Positions 27,133 to 40,700 of a DNA stretch of 64,000 nucleotides are shown here, in pieces. Origin of the DNA: Nemertoderma westbladi (lineage: Eukaryota; Animalia; Xenacoelomorpha). The notes beneath the pieces were generated by a model that saw only the letters and a program-made list of their open reading frames with translations, was not told the origin of the DNA and searched no databases. The stretch lies in NCBI GenBank assembly GCA_032718475.1, contig JAUCBJ010004707.1, forward strand, positions 44,961 through 108,960. Direction: 5' to 3'. Each line of letters starts with the position of its first letter. Position 1 is the first letter of the stretch. Position numbers and translations under genes: made by a program.

Positions 27133-27315
27133 ATAGGTTTCCCGAGTTTCCTTGGTTCCCATTTATCGACCATTCAAGGATGAATGCCTGGGTTGGTCTG
27201 GTCTAGGCTGCAGCATTTGAAGCACTATTCCAAAACAGTACTACTCCATCTAGGGATCGAACCAGGACTTCCTATTTGGAAGCCCAGGAAGGTCACCATT
27301 AGACCATGAGGCTGC
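27133..27315 (-). mobile_element. tRNA-derived SINE head and body
   Basis: On the minus strand: A-box-like TGGTCTAATGG (27306-27296) and B-box GGTTCGATCC (27263-27254) at Pol III spacing. These are followed by CATTCATCCTTGAATGGTCGATAAATGGGAACC, which resembles a conserved SINE central domain. Confidence 0.7.
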
Positions 27316-27364
27316 TAGAATATAGGAAAACTAAAATATTGTAACAGTAATTAACACTTTGCAG

Positions 27365-27540
27365 GTGAACTATCAGTGGCTAGGGCGCTAGACAGAGAGG
27401 ATTTAACAAGACAAACATATAAGTTTAATATTCAAGCGGCAGATATTGGCGGATTTACTGATTCTATTGAGTTGACCATTACTATAACAGACTGCAACGA
27501 TAATCCACCCACTTATGCCTTGCAAGTTCTACAATTATCT
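27365..27540 (+). CDS. Cadherin exon 7 (GELSVARALDREDLTRQTYKFNIQAADIGG...TDCNDNPPTY...QLS)
   Basis: tttgcag acceptor and GTAAGT donor. LDRE and DCNDNPP motifs. Confidence 0.96.
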
Positions 27541-27912
27541 GTAAGTTCATTTAAATTGAAGCAATAATAACTAAAAGTGAGTAAATAACCTGTGTACTGT
27601 AGTACAGTGAAAAAACTCTTTTTATCAAATAGAATCCAAACAGCGAAAATTGTTCAAGTTCAATCCCGCAAAACACATTTGGTGTTTGCCGTCATTTTGC
27701 CTTCACTATTCCGTCATCTATACCTTCATTTTAGTTTAGTTTAATATTTATTTTATTGAACATCGAAGTTCACCCAATTGGGCAACAAACATAATGCTTA
27801 TAAGCACCCTTTATTTGCCTTCATTTTGCCCCATTAGCCCTAATTTTATAAGATAGTTGAAGTTCCGTCGTATAAAACTCACTTCGGGTTATAATATTCT
27901 TATTCATTTTAG

Positions 27913-28084
27913 GTGCAAGAAGATTTACCAAAAGACACAATCGTTACTGGTTACGGAGATAACGCCCCCCTTCAGTATGCTAAACAAGGTAGCGACTTGG
28001 ACGAAAACGGTCCCAACACGGACTTCAGCTTCCAGTTCATCGCGGGAAACCTCAGAGAACGATTTACTATCAATAAAGCTGACG
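27913..28084 (+). CDS. Cadherin exon 8 (VQEDLPKDTIV...GSDLDENGPN...RFTINKADG)
   Basis: ttttag acceptor and G|GTAATT donor. VxE and DLD motifs. Phases 0/1 match. Confidence 0.93.
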
Positions 28085-28511
28085 GTAATTAACTTTATTT
28101 TTATGTCGGTGTGAAATACGCCGTGAAATAAAGTAAACTCAATGATATGCTTTGGGGTGCTATATATATCACAGCGTGAAATAAAGTAACAGTGTTGTTT
28201 CAGTATGTTTGTACCGTATTCTATGGTCACGCTGAGGTAGGCCTAACAATAACTCATTCTTTCTGTCACTGCCTACGCCAGTATGCCTTATGAATTAGTG
28301 CACGCACCCACAGTCAATATTGTGTATATACTGAGTTTGTGTATTTACGTAACCGTAGGCTGCAGACAGCATCCGGACGTAACTAAAATTAATTATTATT
28401 TCACTGATCCGTAGCATTTCAATATAGCTTTTCTTTGAAATTATAATATGTAATTTAAATTAATTAAATTAAGAAAGTAATTTTTATACTGTTTTATTGT
28501 TTTTTTTCCAG

Positions 28512-28750
28512 GTACAATAAAAACTGCTGAAAAACTGGATCGGGAAGACGTCGCCTCATATGAGTTTGTAGTTGAGGTTCATGACTCTGGCACAGACCCC
28601 GGCCCGTTGACTTCAACAGTTACAGTTTCTATAACAGTAACTGACACCAACGACCACAACCCCGTGTTTACTGATTCGGTTTATGAGAAAATTGTGAGAG
28701 AGTCCACACCTATTGGGACCACATTGCTGACAGTTACAGCAACCGACAAG
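28512..28750 (+). CDS. Cadherin exon 9 (GTIKTAEKLDREDVASYEFVVEVHDSG...TDTNDHNPVF...IVRESTPIGTTLLTVTATDK)
   Basis: Long T-tract plus ccag acceptor and AAG|GTGGGT donor. LDRE and DTNDHNP motifs. Joins exon 10 to give ATDK|DEG. Confidence 0.96.
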
Positions 28751-31700
28751 GTGGGTTTATTGTGAGAGAGTCCACACCTATTGGGACCACATTGCTGACA
28801 GTTACAGCAACCGACAAGGTGGGTTTATTGTGAGAGAGTCCACACCTATTGGGACCACATTGCTGACAGTTACAGCAACCGACAAGGTGGGTTTATTGTG
28901 AGAGAGTCCACACCTATTGGGACCACATTGCTGACAGTTACAGCAACCGACAAGGTGGGTTTATTGTGAGAGAGTCCACACTTATTGGGACCACATTGCT
29001 GGCAGTTACAGCAACCGACAAGGTGGGTTTATTGTGAGAGAGTCCACACCTATTGGGACCACATTGCTGACAGTTACAGCAACCGACAAGGTGGGTTTAT
29101 TGTGAGAGAGTCCACACTTATTGGGACCACATTGCTGGCAGTTACAGCAACCGACAAGGTGGGTTTATTGTGAGAGAGTCCACACCTATTGGGACCACAT
29201 GGCTGACAGTTACAGCAACCGACAAGGTGGGTTTATTGTGAGAGAGTCCACACTTATTGGGACCACATTGCTGGCAGTTACAGCAACCGACAAGGTGGGT
29301 TTATTGTGAGAGAGTCCACACCTATTGGGACCACATTGCTGGCAGTTACAGCAACCGACAAGGTGGGTTTATTGTGAGAGAGTCCACACCTATTGGGACC
29401 ACGTTGCTGGCAGTTACAGCAACCGACAAGGTGGGTTTATTGTGAGAGAGTCCACACCTATTGGGACCACATTGCTGACAGTTACAGCAACCGACAAGGT
29501 GGGTTTATTGTGAGAGAGTCCACACTTATTGGGACCACATTGCTGGCAGTTACAGCAACCGACAAGGTGGGTTTATTGTGAGAGAGTCCACACTTATTGG
29601 GACCACATTGCTGGCAGTTACAGCAACCGACAAGGTGGGTTTATTGTGAGAGAGTCCACACCTATTGGGACCACATTGCTGGCAGTTACAGCAACCGACA
29701 AGGTGGGTTTATTGTGAGAGAGTCCACACCTATTGGGACCACATTGCTGGCAGTTACAGCAACCGACAAGGTGGGTTTATTGTGAGAGAGTCCACACTTA
29801 TTGGGACCACATTGCTGGCAGTTACAGCAACCGACAAGGTGGGTTTATTGTGAGAGAGTCCACACTTATTGGGACCACATTGCTGGCAGTTACAGCAACC
29901 GACAAGGTGGGTTTATTGTGAGAGAGTCCACACTTATTGGGACCACATTGCTGGCAGTTACAGCAACCGACAAGGTGGGTTTATTGTGAGAGAGTCCACA
30001 CCTATTGGGACCACATTGCTGGCAGTTACAGCAACCGACAAGGTGGGTTTATTGTGAGAGAGTCCACACTTATTGGGACCACATTGCTGGCAGTTACAGC
30101 AACCGACAAGGTGGGTTTATTGTGAGAGAGTCCACACCTATTGGGACCACATTGCTGGCAGTTACAGCAACCGACAAGGTGGGTTTATTGTGAGAGAGTC
30201 CACACCTATTGGGACCACATTGCTGGCAGTTACAGCAACCGACAAGGTGGGTTTATTGTGAGAGAGTCCACACTTATTGGGACCACATTGCTGGCAGTTA
30301 CAGCAACCGACAAGGTGGGTTTATTGTGAGAGAGTCCACACTTATTGGGACCACATTGCTGGCAGTTACAGCAACCGACAAGGTGGGTTTATTGTGAGAG
30401 AGTCCACACCTATTGGGACCACATTGCTGACAGTTACAGCAACCGACAAGGTGGGTTTATTGTGAGAGAGTCCACACTTATTGGGACCACATTGCTGGCA
30501 GTTACAGCAACCGACAAGGTGGGTTTATTGTGAGAGAGTCCACACCTATTGGGACCACATTGCTGACAGTTACAGCAACCGACAAGGTGGGTTTATTGTG
30601 AGAGAGTCCACACTTATTGGGACCACATTGCTGGCAGTTACAGCAACCGACAAGGTGGGTTTATTGTGAGAGAGTCCACACCTATTGGGACCACATGGCT
30701 GACAGTTACAGCAACCGACAAGGTGGGTTTATTGTGAGAGAGTCCACACTTATTGGGACCACATTGCTGGCAGTTACAGCAACCGACAAGGTGGGTTTAT
30801 TGTGAGAGAGTCCACACCTATTGGGACCACATTGCTGGCAGTTACAGCAACCGACAAGGTGGGTTTATTGTGAGAGAGTCCACACCTATTGGGACCACAT
30901 TGCTGGCAGTTACAGCAACCGACAAGGTGGGTTTATTGTGAGAGAGTCCACACCTATTGGGACCACATTGCTGGCAGTTACAGCAACCGACAAGGTGGGT
31001 TTATTGTGAGAGAGTCCACACCTATTGGGACCACATTGCTGGCAGTTACAGCAACCGACAAGGTGGGTTTATTGTGAGAGAGTCCACACCTATTGGGACC
31101 ACATTGCTGACAGTTACAGCAACCGACAAGGTGGGTTTATTGTGAGAGAGTCCACACTTATTGGGACCACATTGCTGGCAGTTACAGCAACCGACAAGGT
31201 GGGTTTATTGTGAGAGAGTCCACACTTATTGGGACCACATTGCTGGCAGTTACAGCAACCGACAAGGTGGGTTTATTGTGAGAGAGTCCACACTTATTGG
31301 GACCACATTGCTGGCAGTTACAGCAACCGACAAGGTGGGTTTATTGTGAGAGAGTCCACACCTATTGGGACCACATTGCTGACAGTTACAGCAACCGACA
31401 AGGTGGGTTTATTGTGAGAGAGTCCACACTTATTGGGACCACATTGCTGGCAGTTACAGCAACCGACAAGGTGGGTTTATTGTGAGAGAGTCCACACTTA
31501 TTGGGACCACATTGCTGGCAGTTACAGCAACCGACAAGGTGGGTTTATTGTGAGAGAGTCCACACTTATTGGGACCACATTGCTGGCAGTTACAGCAACC
31601 GACAAGGTGGGTTTATTGTGAGAGAGTCCACACCTATTGGGACCACATTGCTGACAGTTACAGCAACCGACAAGGTGGGTTTATTGTGAGAGAGTCCACA

Positions 31701-34700
31701 CTTATTGGGACCACATTGCTGGCAGTTACAGCAACCGACAAGGTGGGTTTATTGTGAGAGAGTCCACACTTATTGGGACCACATTGCTGGCAGTTACAGC
31801 AACCGACAAGGTGGGTTTATTGTGAGAGAGTCCACACCTATTGGGACCACATTGCTGACAGTTACAGCAACCGACAAGGTGGGTTTATTGTGAGAGAGTC
31901 CACACTTATTGGGACCACATTGCTGGCAGTTACAGCAACCGACAAGGTGGGTTTATTGTGAGAGAGTCCACACTTATTGGGACCACATTGCTGGCAGTTA
32001 CAGCAACCGACAAGGTGGGTTTATTGTGAGAGAGTCCACACCTATTGGGACCACATTGCTGGCAGTTACAGCAACCGACAAGGTGTGTTTATTGTGAGAG
32101 AGTCCACACCTATTGGGACCACGTTGCTGGCAGTTACAGCAACCGACAAGGTGGGTTTATTGTGAGAGAGTCCACACCTATTAATTGGGACCACGTTACT
32201 GGCAGTTACAGCAACCGACAAGGTGGGTTTATTGTGAGAGAGTCCACACCTATTAATTGGGACCACGTTACTGGCAGTTACAGCAACCGACAAGGTGGGT
32301 TTATTGTGAGAGAGTCCACACCTATTGGGACCACGTTGCTGGCAGTTACAGCAACAGCAACCGACAAGGTGGGTTTATTGTGAGAGAGTCCACACCTATT
32401 GGGACCACATGGCTGACAGTTACAGCAACCGACAAGGTGGGTTTATTGTGAGAGAGTCCACACTTATTGGGACCACATTGCTGGCAGTTACAGCAACCGA
32501 CAAGGTGGGTTTATTGTGAGAGAGTCCACACCTATTGGGACCACATTGCTGGCAGTTACAGCAACCGACAAGGTGGGTTTATTGTGAGAGAGTCCACACC
32601 TATTGGGACCACATTGCTGGCAGTTACAGCAACCGACAAGGTGGGTTTATTGTGAGAGAGCCCACACTTATTGGGACCACATTGCTGGCAGTTACAGCAA
32701 CCGACAAGGTGGGTTTATTGTGAGAGAGTCCACACCTATTGGGACCACATTGCTGGCAGTTACAGCAACCGACAAGGTGGGTTTATTGTGAGAGAGTCCA
32801 CACCTATTAATTGGGACCACGTTACTGGCAGTTACAGCAACCGACAAGGTGGGTTTATTGTGAGAGAGTCCACACCTATTAATTGGGACCACGTTACTGG
32901 CAGTTACAGCAACCGACAAGGTGGGTTTATTGTGAGAGAGTCCACACCTATTGGGACCACGTTGCTGGCAGTTACAGCAACAGCAACCGACAAGGTGGGT
33001 TTATTGTGAGAGAGTCCACACCTATTGGGACCACATGGCTGACAGTTACAGCAACCGACAAGGTGGGTTTATTGTGAGAGAGTCCAACCCTATTGGGACC
33101 ACACTCTTGGCAGTTACAGCAACCGACAAGGTGGGTTTATTGTGAGAGAGTCCACACCTATTGGGACCACGTTGCTGGCAGTTACAGCAACAGCAACCGA
33201 CAAGGTGGGTTTATTGTGAGAGAGTCCACACCTATTGGGACCACATGGCTGACAGTTACAGCAACCGACAAGGTGGGTTTATTGTGAGAGAGTCCACACC
33301 TATTGGGACCACATTGCTGGCAGTTACAGCAACCGACAAGGTGGGTTTATTGTGAGAGAGTCCACACCTATTGGGACCACATTGCTGGCAGTTACAGCAA
33401 CCGACAAGGTGGGTTTATTGTGAGAGAGTCCACACCTATTGGGACCACGTTGCTGGCAGTTACAGCAACCGACAAGGTGGGTTTATTGTGAGAGAGTCCA
33501 CACCTATTGGGACCACATTGCTGGCAGTTACAGCAACCGACAAGGTGGGTTTATTGTGAGAGAGTCCACATCTGTTGGGTCCACATTGCTGGCAGTTACA
33601 GCAACCGACAAGGTGGGTTTATTGTGAGAGAGTCCACACCTATTGGGACCACATTGCTGACAGTTACAGCAACCGACAAGGTGGGTTTATTGTGAGAGAG
33701 TCCACATCTGTTGGGACCACATTGCTGGCAGTTACAGCAACCGACAAGGTAGGTTTATGGTGAGAGAGTCCACACCTATTGGGACCACATTGCTGACAGT
33801 TACAGCAACCGACAAGGTGGGTTTATTGTGAGAGAGTCCACACCTATTGGGACCACGTTGCTGGCAGTTACAGCAACCGACAAGGTGGGTTTATTGTGAG
33901 AGAGTCCACACCTATTGGGACCACATTGCTGACAGTTACAGCAACCGACAAGGTGGGTTTATTGTGAGAGAGTCCACACCTATTAATTGGGACCACGTTA
34001 CTGGCAGTTACAGCAACCGACAAGGTGGGTTTATTGTGAGAGAGTCCACACCTATTGGGACCACGTTGCTGGCAGTTACAGCAACCGACAAGGTGGGTTT
34101 ATTGTGAGAGAGTCCACACCTATTGGGACCACATGGCTGACAGTTACAGCAACCGACAAGGTGGGTTTATTGTGAGAGAGTCCACACCTATTGGGACCAC
34201 ATTGCTGGCAGTTACAGCAACCGACAAGGTGGGTTTATTGTGAGAGAGTCCACACCTATTAATTGGGACCACGTTACTGGCAGTTACAGCAACCGACAAG
34301 GTGGGTTTATTGTGAGAGAGTCCACACCTATTAATTGGGACCACGTTACTGGCAGTTACAGCAACCGACAAGGTGGGTTTATTGTGAGAGAGTCCACACC
34401 TATTGGGACCACGTTGCTGGCAGTTACAGCAACAGCAACCGACAAGGTGGGTTTATTGTGAGAGAGTCCACACCTATTGGGACCACATGGCTGACAGTTA
34501 CAGCAACCGACAAGGTGGGTTTATTGTGAGAGAGTCCAACCCTATTGGGACCACACTCTTGGCAGTTACAGCAACCGACAAGGTGGGTTTATTGTGAGAG
34601 AGTCCACACCTATTGGGACCACGTTGCTGGCAGTTACAGCAACAGCAACCGACAAGGTGGGTTTATTGTGAGAGAGTCCACACCTATTGGGACCACATGG

Positions 34701-37700
34701 CTGACAGTTACAGCAACCGACAAGGTGGGTTTATTGTGAGAGAGTCCACACCTATTGGGACCACATTGCTGGCAGTTACAGCAACCGACAAGGTGGGTTT
34801 ATTGTGAGAGAGTCCACACCTATTGGGACCACATTGCTGGCAGTTACAGCAACCGACAAGGTGGGTTTATTGTGAGAGAGTCCACACCTATTGGGACCAC
34901 GTTGCTGGCAGTTACAGCAACCGACAAGGTGGGTTTATTGTGAGAGAGTCCACACCTATTGGGACCACATTGCTGGCAGTTACAGCAACCGACAAGGTGG
35001 GTTTATTGTGAGAGAGTCCACATCTGTTGGGACCACATTGCTGGCAGTTACAGCAACCGACAAGGTGGGTTTATTGTGAGAGAGTCCACACCTATTGGGA
35101 CCACATTGCTGACAGTTACAGCAACCGACAAGGTGGGTTTATTGTGAGAGAGTCCACATCTGTTGGGACCACATTGCTGGCAGTTACAGCAACCGACAAG
35201 GTAGGTTTATGGTGAGAGAGTCCACACCTATTGGGACCACATTGCTGACAGTTACAGCAACCGACAAGGTGGGTTTATTGTGAGAGAGTCCACACCTATT
35301 GGGACCACGTTGCTGGCAGTTACAGCAACCGACAAGGTGGGTTTATTGTGAGAGAGTCCACACCTATTGGGACCACATTGCTGACAGTTACAGCAACCGA
35401 CAAGGTGGGTTTATTGTGAGAGAGTCCACACCTATTGGGACCACGTTGCTGGCAGTTACATCAACCGACAAGGTGGGTTTATTGTGAGAGAGTCCACACC
35501 TATTGGGACCACATTGCTGACAGTTACAGCAACCGACAAGGTGGGTTTATTGTGAGAGAGTCCACACCTATTGAGACCACATTGCTGACAGTTACAGCAA
35601 CCGACAAGGTGGGTTTATTGTGAGAGAGTCCACACCTATTGGGACCACGTTGCTGGCAGTTACAGCAACCGACAAGGTGGGTTTATTGTGAGAGAGTCCA
35701 CACCTATTGGGACCACATTGTTGACAGTTACAGCAACCGACAAGGTGGGTTTATTGTGAGAGAGTCCACACCTATTGGGACCACGTTGCTGGCAGTTACA
35801 GCAACCGACAAGGTGGGTTTATTGTGAGAGAGTCCACACCTATTGGGACCACATTGCTGGCAGTTACAGCAACCGACAAGGTGGGTTTATTGTGAGAGAG
35901 TCCACACCTATTGGGACCACATTGCTGACAGTTGCAGCAACCGACAAGGTGGGTTTATTGTGAGAGAGTCCACACCTATTAATTGGGACCACGTTACTGG
36001 CAGTTACAGCAACCGACAAGGTGGGTTTATTGTGAGAGAGTCCATACCTATTGGGACCACATTGCTGGCAGTTACAGCAACCGACAAGGTGGGTTTATTG
36101 TGAGAGAGTCCACCACCTATTGGGACCACATTGCTGGCAGTTACAGCAACCGACAAGGTGGGTTTATTGTGAGAGAGTCCACACCTATTGGGACCACGTT
36201 GCTGGCAGTTACAGCAACCGACAAGGTGGGTTTATTGTGAGAGAGTCCAACCCTATTGGGACCACACTCTTGGCAGTTACAGCAACCGACAAGGTGGGTT
36301 TATTGTGAGAGAGTCCACACCTATTGGGACCACACTCTTAGCAGTTACAGCAACCGACAAGGTGGGTTTATTGTGAGAGAGTCCACACCTATTGGGACCA
36401 CATTGCTGACAGTTACAGCAACCGACAAGGTGGGTTTATTGTGAGAGAGTCCACACCTATTGGGACCACATTGCTGGCAGTTACAGCAACCGACAAGGTG
36501 GGTTTATTGTGAGAGAGTCCACACCTATTGGGACCACATTGCTGACAGTTACAGCAACCGACAAGGTGGGTTTATTGTGAGAGAGTCCACATCTGTTGGG
36601 ACCACATTGCTGGCAGTTACAGCAACCGACAAGGTGGGTTTATTGTGAGAGAGTCCACACCTATTGGGACCACATTGCTGACAGTTACAGCAACCGACAA
36701 GGTGGGTTTATTGTGAGAGAGTCCACACCTTATGGGACCACGTTGCTGGCAGTTACAGCAACCGACAAGGTGGGTTTATTGTGAGAGAGTCCACACCTAT
36801 TGGGACCACATTGCTGACAGTTACAGCAACCGACAAGGTGGGTTTATTGTGAGAGAGTCCACACCTATTGGGACCACGTTGCTGGCAGTTACAGCAACCG
36901 ACAAGGTGGGTTTATTGTGAGAGAGTCCACACCTATTGGGACCACATTGCTGACAGTTACAGCAACCGACAAGGTGGGTTTATTGTGAGAGAGTCCACAC
37001 CTATTGAGACCACATTGCTGGCAGTTACAGCAACCGACAAGGTGGGTTTATTGTGAGAGAGTCCACACCTATTGGGACCACGTTGCTGGCAGTTACAGCA
37101 ACCGACAAGGTGGGTTTATTGTGAGAGAGTCCACACCTATTGGGACCACATTGCTGACAGTTACAGCAACCGACAAGGTGGGTTTATTGTGAGAGAGTCC
37201 ACACCTATTGGGACCACATGGCTGACAGTTACAGCAACCGACAAGGTGGGTTTATTGTGAGAGAGTCCACACCTATTGGGACCACGTTGCTGGCAGTTAC
37301 AGCAACCGACAAGGTGGGTTTATTGTGAGAGAGTCCACACCTATTGGGACCACATTGCTGGCAGTTACAGCAACCGACAAGGTGGGTTTATTGTGAGAGA
37401 GTCCACACCTATTGGGACCACATTGCTGACAGTTGCAGCAACCGACAAGGTGGGTTTATTGTGAGAGAGTCCACACCTATTAATTGGGACCACGTTACTG
37501 GCAGTTACAGCAACCGACAAGGTGGGTTTATTGTGAGAGAGTCCATACCTATTGGGACCACATTGCTGGCAGTTACAGCAACCGACAAGGTGGGTTTATT
37601 GTGAGAGAGTCCACACCTATTGGGACCACATTGCTGGCAGTTACAGCAACCGACAAGGTGGGTTTATTGTGAGAGAGTCCACACCTATTGGGACCACATT

Positions 37701-40700
37701 GCTGGCAGTTACAGCAACCGACAAGGTGGGTTTATTGTGAGAGAGTCCACACCTATTGGGACCACATTGCTGACAGTTGCAGCAACCGACAAGGTGGGTT
37801 TATTGTGAGAGAGTCCACACCTATTAATTGGGACCACGTTGCTGGCAGTTACAGCAACCGACAAGGTGGGTTTATTGTGAGAGAGTCCACACCTATTGGG
37901 ACCACATTGCTGGCAGTTACAGCAACCGACAAGGTGGGTTTATTGTGAGAGAGTCCACACCTATTGGGACCACATTGCTGGCAGTTACAGCAACCGACAA
38001 GGTGGGTTTATTGTGAGAGAGTCCACACCTATTGGGACCACATTGCTGGCAGTTACAGCAACCGACAAGGTGGGTTTATTGTGAGAGAGTCCACACCTAT
38101 TGGGACCACGTTGCTGGCAGTTACAGCAACCGACAAGGTGGGTTTATTGTGAGAGAGTCCAACACTATTGGGACCACACTCTTGGCAGTTATAGCAACCG
38201 AGAAGGTGGGTTTATTGTGAGAGAGTCCACACCTATTGGGACCACATTGCTGACAGTTACAGCAACCGACAAGGTGGGTTTATTGTGAGAGAGTCCACAT
38301 CTATTGGGACCACATTGTTAGCAGTTACAGCAACCGACAAGGTGGGTTTATTGTGAGAGAGTCCACAAATATTGGGACCACATTGCTGACAATTACAGCA
38401 ACCGACAAGGTGGGTTTATTGTGAGAGAGTCCACATCCATTGGGACCACATTGCTGGCAGTTACAGCAACCGACAAGGTGGGTTTATTGTGAGAGAGTCC
38501 ACACCTATTTGGGACCACACTCTTAGCAGTTACAGCAACCGACAAGGTGGGTTTATTGTGAGAGAGTCCACACCTATTGGGACCACATTGCTGACAGTTA
38601 CAGCAACCGACAAGGTGGGTTTATTGTGAGAGAGTCCACACCTATTGGGACCACATTGCTGGCAGTTACAGCAACCGACAAGGTGGGTTTATTGTGAGAG
38701 AGTCCACACCTATTGGGACCACATTGCTGGCAGTTACAGCAACCGACAAGGTGGGTTTATTGTGAGAGAGTCCACATTGGGACCACATTGCTAGCAGTTA
38801 CAGCAACCGACAAGGTGGGTTTATTGTGAGAGAGTCCACACCTATTGGGACCACATTGCTGACAGTTACAGCAACCGACAAAGTGGGTTTATTGTGAGAG
38901 AGTCCACACCTATTGGGACCACATTGTTAGCAGTTACAGCAACCGACAAGGTGGGTTTATTGTGAGAGAGTCCACATCTATTGGGACCACATTGTTAGCA
39001 GTTACAGCAACCGACAAGGTGGGTTTATTGTGAGAGAGTCCACACCTATTGGGACCACGTTGCTGGCAGTTACAGCAACCGACAAGGTGGGTTTATTGTG
39101 AGAGAGTCCACACCTATTGGGACCACGTTGCTGGCAGTTACAGCAACCGACAAGGTGGGTTTATTGTGAGAGAGTCCACACCTATTGGGGCCACATTGTT
39201 AGCAGTTACAGCAACCGACAAGGTGGGTTTATTGTGAGAGAGTCCACATCTATTGGGACCACATTGCTGACAGTTACAGCAACCGACAAGGTGGGTTTAT
39301 TGTGAGAGAGTCCACACCTATTGGGACCACATTGCTGGCAGTTCAGCAACCGACAAGGTGGGTTTATTGTGAGAGAGTCCACACCTATTGGGACCACGTT
39401 GCTGGCAGTTACAGCAACCGACAAGGTGGGTTTATTGTGAGAGAGTCCACACTTATTGGGACCACGTTGCTGGCAGTTACAGCAACCGACAAGGTGGGTT
39501 TATTGTGAGAGAGTCCACACCTATTGGGACCACATTGCTGGCAGTTACAGCAACCGACAAGGTGGGTTTATTGTGAGAGAGTCCACACCTATTGGGACCA
39601 CATTGCTGGCAGTTACAGCAACCGACAAGGTGGGTTTATTGTGAGAGAGTCCACACCTATTGGGACCACATTGCTGACAGTTGCAGCAACCGACAAGGTG
39701 GGTTTATTGTGAGAGAGTCCACACCTATTAATTGGGACCACGTTGCTGGCAGTTACAGCAACCGACAAGGTGGGTTTATTGTGAGAGAGTCCACACCTAT
39801 TGGGACCACGTTGCTGGCAGTTACATCAACCGACAAGGTGGGTTTATTGTGAGGAGAGTCCACACTTATTGGGACCACGTTGCTGGCAGTTACAGCAACC
39901 GACAAGGTGGGTTTATTGTGAGAGATTCCACACCTATTGGGACCACGTTGCTGGCAGTTACAGCAACCGACAAGGTGGGTTTATTGTGAGAGAGTCCACA
40001 CCTATTGGGACCACATTGCTGACAGTTGCAGCAACCGACAAGGTGGGTTTATTGTGAGAGAGTCCACACCTATTAATTGGGACCACGTTACTGGCAGTTA
40101 CAGCAACCGACAAGGTGGGTTTATTGTGAGAGAGTCCATACCTATTGGGACCACATTGCTGGCAGTTACAGCAACCGACAAGGTGGGTTTATTGTGAGAG
40201 AGTCCACACCTATTGGGACCACGTTGCTGGCAGTTACAGCAACCGACAAGGTGGGTTTATTGTGAGAGAGTCCACACCTATTGGGACCACATTGCTGGCA
40301 GTTACAGCAACCGACAAGGTGGGTTTATTGTGAGTGAGTCCACACCTATTGGGACCACATTGCTGACAGTTGCAGCAACCGACAAGGTGGGTTTATTGTG
40401 AGAGAGTCCACACCTATTAATTGGGACCACGTTACTGGCAGTTACAGCAACCGACAAGGTGGGTATATTGTGAGAGAGTCCATACCTATTGGGACCACAT
40501 TGCTGGCAGTTACAGCAACCGACAAGGTGGGTTTATTGTGAGAGAGTCCACACCTATTGGGACCACATTGCTGGCAGTTACAGCAACCGACAAGGTGGGT
40601 TTATTGTGAGAGAGTCCACACCTATTGGGACCACGTTGCTGGCAGTTACAGCAACCGACACGGTGGGTTTATTGTGAGAGAGTCCAACCCTATTGGGACC

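Noticed and set aside
24483-27162. Basic 21-aa-repeat ORFs on the minus strand (up to 406 aa)
   Set aside because: A consequence of a 63-bp unit with one open frame. Interrupted by stops and frameshifts, and contiguous with a SINE rather than a gene structure.
27245-27315. Functional tRNA gene
   Set aside because: A and B boxes are present but I could not pair an acceptor stem, and the sequence continues into a SINE-like body.
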